Sequence record: DRR378314_1835
Direction: 5' to 3' (one strand)
DNA length: 20,000 nucleotides
Shown here: positions 15,326 through 20,000 of the stretch, one piece after another
How the letters are laid out: every line of letters starts with the position of its first letter
Numbering within the stretch: the stretch's first letter is position 1
Notes under the pieces: model-generated
Told to the model about the DNA's origin: nothing
Databases searched by the model: none
What the model saw: the letters and a program-made list of their open reading frames with translations, nothing else
Program-made: the position numbers and the translations under genes

Positions 15326-17323
15326 ATGCAACACAATGATGTCATTACGGTTAATGAGCTACAACTACATCTTTCTAAGCTATCTCAATGTGAAGATGAG
15401 ATAGGTATATTCACAGCAATGAATAAAATGCTTCAACCTTTAATGAAGTACCAAGACTGCATTCTTTTGAAAAAAGAGAATACTCAATGCACATTATTTG
15501 CAGCAAGCAACCATAATTTTCATATTGATAAATGGCCACATTGTGCACTGTTCTCACAGGCGCTAGAAAGGGGCTTTAGCCTTTGCCAAAATTCAACTGA
15601 GGAGTTGGAGTTTACTTATTTAGATGAGCTAACAAAGCGCAATATGCAGACTTGTTTAATCATAAGTACTGAGCTTGAAATGGGCCGTTTTTTATATATT
15701 TTCACGAACATTAATTTAATAGAACACTCTGGGGTAGTGCAATCTGAAATAATAAAGCTTTATTTACAACAAGTGGTTTTAGCCTTTATAAACTTAAACC
15801 GGGTTGTTGAGCAATCAAGTAAATCGGTTAGATTACTCGATGACCTTACTCAGTTGTCGACCTTGTTTAAAGAGCTTGCAAGCGAATGGTTTTGGCGAAC
15901 AGATTCGGACATGAAATTCGTTAGTGTGAATAATATCGAGAGTGAAAATAAAATATATACCCAGTTATTTTTAAAAAAGAAAATTATGTCCTTACTCACG
16001 CATAATGAAAAACAAAATACACAGAAGTGGCAAGGTTTTTCAAAGCTGATAGAAGAGCGTGAAGATTTTAGTAATTTTGAGTTTGAAGTGAATGCGTCGC
16101 AACGCTTATGGGTGTCATTAAATGGTAAGTCACAGTTTGATGAGTTGGGCCAATTTATAGGGTATTTAGGAATCGCTAAGGATATTACATTTTCTAAACA
16201 GCGAGAGGTCGCTTTAGAAAGTGCTAAATTAAAAGCGGAAGAGGCAAGTAATACTAAATCTAAATTTTTAACTGTTATGTCACACGAAATCCGCACTCCT
16301 ATGAATGCAATTATGGGGGTTATTGAGTTACTTCTTGATACTGAATTAACTCAAGAGCAACGCCAGTGGCTTGATTATGCTAATTCAAGTGCCGATATAC
16401 TTTATGGTTTAATCACTGATGTATTGGATTTTTCAAAAATAGAATCGGGCACAATTTTACTGGTGAATAAACCACTCAATGTAAAGCTATTGATCGAAAA
16501 TATAGTGGGTCAATTACACATAATAGAAGACAGTGACGATATCATTTTTTCAATCAATATTGATGAAAAAGTGCCTACTTTTATAATGGGGGATGAATTT
16601 CGATTAGGGCAAATTCTATTTAATATTATTGGTAACGCGTTTAAATATACGCGTTCTGGCAGTATTTCTTTGCGAGTGAATGTCGAAAATGCCCTGCTTA
16701 ATTTTGAAGTCAAAGATTCTGGAGTAGGGATCGCCAAAAAAGATTTAGCACTAATCTTTCAGCCTTTTAGACAAGTGAATGATGGCATTAATAGAGAAAG
16801 TGAAGGTGTGGGTTTAGGGTTAAGTATTTCTAAGAACTTAATTGAATTAATGGATGGCTCAATAGATGTCCATACTCAACTTGGTTTAGGGAGTACGTTT
16901 AGTATATCAATTCCATTGAATACGGCGCTAGAAAGTGAGGTAGAGAAAGTTTCATTACAAGATCGTTCAACACTCAACATACTTGTTGCTGAAGATAATA
17001 AAACCAATCAATTATTGATTAAAGCATTCCTAGAAAAGTTAAATCATAAAGTAACGGTTGCTAACGATGGTGCAGAAGCGATTGAATTTATGCAGCTCAA
17101 AAGTTTTGATCTAATACTCATGGATATCATGATGCCAACTATGGATGGGTTAACTGCTACACAACATATTCGCAATGAGCTTCTAAGCGATATTCCTATT
17201 TACGCCCTTACCGCCAACGCTGCCACAGACGACAAAGCCTCTTGTTTCAAAGTGGGTATGAATAAAGTGCTTACAAAACCGATTAAGTTTGAGACATTGA
17301 AGGCATCATTAAATGCATTGTAA
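15326..17323 (+). CDS. Soluble hybrid sensor histidine kinase (GAF-like - PAS - HisKA - HATPase - REC)
   Basis: PAS (EWFWRTD...GYLGIAKDIT), H-box SHEIRTPMN, N-box NIIGNAFKYT, DSGVGI, GVGLGLSI, receiver AEDN/MDIMMP/KP; no clear TM segment and no Hpt. Start moved to ATG 15326 (RBS GGAGAG). Confidence 0.9.
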   Translation: MQHNDVITVNELQLHLSKLSQCEDEIGIFTAMNKMLQPLMKYQDCILLKKENTQCTLFAASNHNFHIDKWPHCALFSQALERGFSLCQNSTEELEFTYLDELTKRNMQTCLIISTELEMGRFLYIFTNINLIEHSGVVQSEIIKLYLQQVVLAFINLNRVVEQSSKSVRLLDDLTQLSTLFKELASEWFWRTDSDMKFVSVNNIESENKIYTQLFLKKKIMSLLTHNEKQNTQKWQGFSKLIEEREDFSNFEFEVNASQRLWVSLNGKSQFDELGQFIGYLGIAKDITFSKQREVALESAKLKAEEASNTKSKFLTVMSHEIRTPMNAIMGVIELLLDTELTQEQRQWLDYANSSADILYGLITDVLDFSKIESGTILLVNKPLNVKLLIENIVGQLHIIEDSDDIIFSINIDEKVPTFIMGDEFRLGQILFNIIGNAFKYTRSGSISLRVNVENALLNFEVKDSGVGIAKKDLALIFQPFRQVNDGINRESEGVGLGLSISKNLIELMDGSIDVHTQLGLGSTFSISIPLNTALESEVEKVSLQDRSTLNILVAEDNKTNQLLIKAFLEKLNHKVTVANDGAEAIEFMQLKSFDLILMDIMMPTMDGLTATQHIRNELLSDIPIYALTANAATDDKASCFKVGMNKVLTKPIKFETLKASLNAL

Positions 17324-17340
17324 GAATTGCTAACAGAGGG

Positions 17341-17380
17341 TTACGATACTAGGCCTTTAATAAAAGGCTTAGTATCGTAA
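17341..17380. terminator. Long hairpin, probable bidirectional terminator between the kinase and yicC
   Basis: TTACGATACTAGGCCTTT-AATA-AAAGGCTTAGTATCGTAA: 18-bp arms with one G-U pair, between convergent genes. Confidence 0.75.
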
Positions 17381-17397
17381 TTAAAAGCTTTTGTAGC

Positions 17398-18258
17398 TTA
17401 TTCTATGTTCTGGATCTGTTCTCTCATTTGCTCAATCAACACTTTTAGCTCTACCGCTGCATTAGTGATGTCACTATTAATTGATTTAGAGGCGAGGGTG
17501 TTTGCTTCGCGGTTAAACTCTTGCATCATAAAATCTAAACGGCGGCCACATGCACCGCCTTTTTTCAGAATTTTTTTAGTTTCTTTCACATGTGACTTTA
17601 AACGGTCGAGTTCTTCGGCTACATCTTGCTTTTGCGCAAGGTAGATTAGTTCTTGCTCTAGGCGAGATTCGTCAATATCGGTTTTTAAATCTTCTAACTT
17701 TTGAGCTAGTTTTTCACGTTGCCACTTAGCAATCTCTGGCATGTGAGTTTCTACAACAGCCACTTGCTCTAAAATAGCATCAAGGCGGGTTGCTATCATT
17801 TCTTCAAGGTTTGCTCCCTCATCGCCACGTGCAGATTTGAAATCTTCAACGACTTGATCAAAACCAGAAATGAGCGCGGTGTTAATACTATCCATATCAA
17901 GCTCTTGCGCTTCCATTACACCCGGCCAACGAAGGATATCAACTGGATTTATGTCACCATTACTTTGTTGTTGCACCCATTTAGCGCTATTAATGAGTTG
18001 TGTCGCAAGGGATTCATTTATTGAAAGTTCACCTACATGTGCAGGGTTAGCAACAAACTTTAAAAATACCTCAACTTTACCGCGCTGTAAGTGTTTACGT
18101 AGGCGTTCACGAATAACCGGCTCCATGCCACGAAATTGCTCAGGTGCGCGAATAAAGGTTTCAAGGTAACGTTGGTTAACTGAACGAACTTCCCACGTGC
18201 CAGTGCCCCAATCGCCTTTAATTTCGCGACGGGCGTAAGCAGTCATACTGTGGATCAT
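17398..18258 (-). CDS. yicC: YicC/YloC family endoribonuclease
   Basis: MIHSMTAYAR start, RSVNQRYLE, GRRLDFMMQEFNREANTLASKS, EQMREQIQNIE end; divergent from rph. Confidence 0.96.
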   Translation of the reverse strand: MIHSMTAYARREIKGDWGTGTWEVRSVNQRYLETFIRAPEQFRGMEPVIRERLRKHLQRGKVEVFLKFVANPAHVGELSINESLATQLINSAKWVQQQSNGDINPVDILRWPGVMEAQELDMDSINTALISGFDQVVEDFKSARGDEGANLEEMIATRLDAILEQVAVVETHMPEIAKWQREKLAQKLEDLKTDIDESRLEQELIYLAQKQDVAEELDRLKSHVKETKKILKKGGACGRRLDFMMQEFNREANTLASKSINSDITNAAVELKVLIEQMREQIQNIE

Positions 18259-18362
18259 GAATGATTTCCTAGTTTTTTTATGCAATATAAAATTGATTAT
18301 ACCGTAACACTACGTAACCTCTAGAAGAATTTTTTTACAGTCGGCTTTTATTTAAATCAGCA

Positions 18363-18391
18363 TGGCATCTGTACTCACATACACTTATAAT
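18363..18391 (+). promoter_or_regulatory. Candidate sigma70 promoter of rph-pyrE
   Basis: Perfect TATAAT at 18386-18391; weak -35 (TGGCAT/ATGGCA) 17-18 bp upstream. Confidence 0.4.
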
Positions 18392-18421
18392 ATGGCAAAT
18401 TATGAATTAAGGGGATCGTTA

Positions 18422-19135
18422 ATGCGTCCAAGCGAAAGAACACCTAACCAAATAAGACCGGTTTCATTTACACGTAATTATACATTACACGCTGAAGGTT
18501 CAGTGTTGGTTGAATTTGGAAACACTAAAGTACTTTGTACAGCGACTGTTGAATCAGGTGTACCGCGCTTTATGAAAGGCCAAGGTAAAGGATGGATCAC
18601 TGCTGAGTACGGTATGTTACCTCGCTCTACCCATACTCGAAATGGCCGTGAAGCGGCGCGTGGTAAGCAAAGCGGTCGTACCATGGAGATTCAACGTTTA
18701 ATCGCACGCTCGCTTCGTGCTGCGGTTGATTTAAAAGCATTAGGTGAGAATACGATTACCATCGATTGTGATGTTATTCAAGCCGATGGCGGTACACGCA
18801 CTGCATCTATCAGCGGTGCTTGTGTTGCCTTAGTTGATGCATTAACACATATGCGCAGTAAAGGTATGATTAACTCTAACCCGCTTAAGTTTATGATTGC
18901 CGCAATTTCTGTAGGTGTTTATAAAGGCCAAGCGATTAGTGATTTAGAATATCTAGAAGACTCTGAAGCTGAAACAGACATGAATGTTATTCTTACTGAA
19001 ACAGGTAAGATCATCGAAGTACAAGGTACCGCTGAAGGTGAACCGTTCTCGTTTGACGAACTTGATGAGCTGCTAACTTTAGCTAAACATTCAATTCGCG
19101 AAATTATTGACGTTCAAAAGCAAGCGCTCGCTTAA
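18422..19135 (+). CDS. rph: Ribonuclease PH
   Basis: MRPSER start, [31 protein letters not shown]; start moved to ATG 18422 (RBS AAGGGG). Confidence 0.97.
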   Translation: MRPSERTPNQIRPVSFTRNYTLHAEGSVLVEFGNTKVLCTATVESGVPRFMKGQGKGWITAEYGMLPRSTHTRNGREAARGKQSGRTMEIQRLIARSLRAAVDLKALGENTITIDCDVIQADGGTRTASISGACVALVDALTHMRSKGMINSNPLKFMIAAISVGVYKGQAISDLEYLEDSEAETDMNVILTETGKIIEVQGTAEGEPFSFDELDELLTLAKHSIREIIDVQKQALA

Positions 19136-19157
19136 TAAAGTAATAGGTTTAATTGTA

Positions 19158-19802
19158 ATGAAAGATTATCAAATAGAGTTTATTGAGTTTGCCCTTGAAA
19201 AGCAGGTGCTTAAATTTGGCGAGTTTACTTTAAAATCAGGCCGTACTAGTCCTTACTTCTTTAATGCTGGCTTATTTAACACTGGGCGTGACCTTGCGCG
19301 CCTTGGCCGTTTTTATGCTGCGGCTTTAGAAGATGCAGCAATTGATTATGATGTTTTATTTGGTCCTGCTTATAAAGGTATTCCGATTGCAACAACGACT
19401 GCTGTAGCGTTAGCTGATCATCACGATAAAGATGTGCCTTATTGCTTTAATCGTAAAGAGAAAAAAGCGCATGGTGAAGGTGGTACATTAGTGGGTTCTG
19501 AGCTTAAAGGTAAAATCATGTTAGTAGATGATGTGATTACTGCCGGTACTGCTATTCGTGAATCAATGGAAATCATCGCGCAAAATGGTGCAGACTTAAG
19601 TGGCGTGCTAATCGCTCTTGACCGCCAAGAGAAAGGCAAAGCACAGTTATCTGCGATTCAAGAAGTAGAGCGTGACTTTGGTACTAAAGTTATTTCTATT
19701 GTGAAATTAGCTGATCTTATTAGTTACCTCGAAAGCAAAGGTACAATGGATGAACATCTAGAAGCCGTTAAAGCTTACCGCGAGCAATACGGTATTGCTT
19801 AA
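19158..19802 (+). CDS. pyrE: Orotate phosphoribosyltransferase
   Basis: MKDYQ start, [37 protein letters not shown] motif; downstream of rph. Confidence 0.97.
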   Translation: MKDYQIEFIEFALEKQVLKFGEFTLKSGRTSPYFFNAGLFNTGRDLARLGRFYAAALEDAAIDYDVLFGPAYKGIPIATTTAVALADHHDKDVPYCFNRKEKKAHGEGGTLVGSELKGKIMLVDDVITAGTAIRESMEIIAQNGADLSGVLIALDRQEKGKAQLSAIQEVERDFGTKVISIVKLADLISYLESKGTMDEHLEAVKAYREQYGIA

Positions 19803-19840
19803 TTACGCCTTGTGTAGGTGCTATCTAATTATTACTTAGT

Positions 19841-19870
19841 AAAAGCCCAGTGATTTTCACTGGGCTTTTT
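19841..19870 (+). terminator. Rho-independent terminator after pyrE
   Basis: AAAAGCCCAGTGA-TTT-TCACTGGGCTTTTT: GC-rich stem with U tract (A tract on the other side). Confidence 0.88.
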
Positions 19871-19954
19871 ACATTAAATCATTTAATAAAGTTATTAAAT
19901 CGTAAATTAAGTATAGGTTTTGTAGTGTTTGGCGTGAATAGTGAGCGAACAGTA

Positions 19955-20000
19955 CTTTATTTAAAGTTTTCTTTAAAAAACGCTTGCGTATAATTCGGAT
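19955..20000 (+). promoter_or_regulatory. Possible promoter (AT-rich UP element plus -35 TTGCGT) for a gene beyond the window
   Basis: A/T tracts then AAAAAACGCTTGCGT, reminiscent of stable-RNA promoters; the matching -10 would lie outside the window. Confidence 0.3.

Noticed and set aside
17341-17380. 18-bp inverted repeat as a MITE or IS end
   Set aside because: Arms are separated by only 4 nt, there is no transposase or target duplication, and the position between convergent genes fits a terminator.
3995-19157. Longest-ORF starts at 3995, 7089, 15208, 15230, 18285, 18362 and 19107
   Set aside because: Downstream ATGs have better RBSs and/or family-typical N-termini, and the extensions overlap neighbouring genes or promoter elements.
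3509-19639. Numerous short antisense or alternate-frame ORFs in the track (e.g. 5182-5490, 12417-12812, 15850-16296, 17870-18169)
   Set aside because: All lie within well-supported genes and show no recognisable motifs; treated as shadow ORFs.
19989-19994. TATAAT near the window end as a -10 element
   Set aside because: No plausible -35 at 16-18 bp upstream; cannot be resolved without downstream sequence.
1-20000. tRNA, rRNA, integrase, transposase, prophage or defence genes
   Set aside because: None recognisable; nearly all of the sequence is accounted for by the listed CDSs and short intergenic regions.

Overview
AT-rich gammaproteobacterial chromosome segment, probably Alteromonadales/Pseudoalteromonas-like (inferred from protein character, not proven). 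Bases 1-17323 hold most of an exopolysaccharide/biofilm locus homologous to the Vibrio fischeri syp cluster, but rearranged. The order is sypM-like (partial), sypN-, sypO- and sypP-like genes, a fused sypQ+sypR, then sypA-B-C-D-E. A regulatory block follows: a sigma54 activator that looks more like LuxO than SypG, an inverted sypH-like glycosyltransferase, a stand-alone LuxU-like Hpt, a YvcK/GlmR-family gene and a soluble hybrid histidine kinase. Three candidate sigma54 (-24/-12) promoters are visible (before the sypO-like gene, sypA and yvcK), each near LuxO-type TTGCA-N3-TGCAA boxes, and two have IHF-like sites. The activator/GT/Hpt/yvcK genes alternate strands with overlapping stop codons and no room for terminators. 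The cluster abuts the 3' end of yicC, followed by housekeeping rph-pyrE. The main candidate novel system is a self-contained kinase->LuxU->LuxO phosphorelay wired directly to a syp-type EPS operon and a UDP-GlcNAc-linked regulator, with no Qrr sRNA visible.
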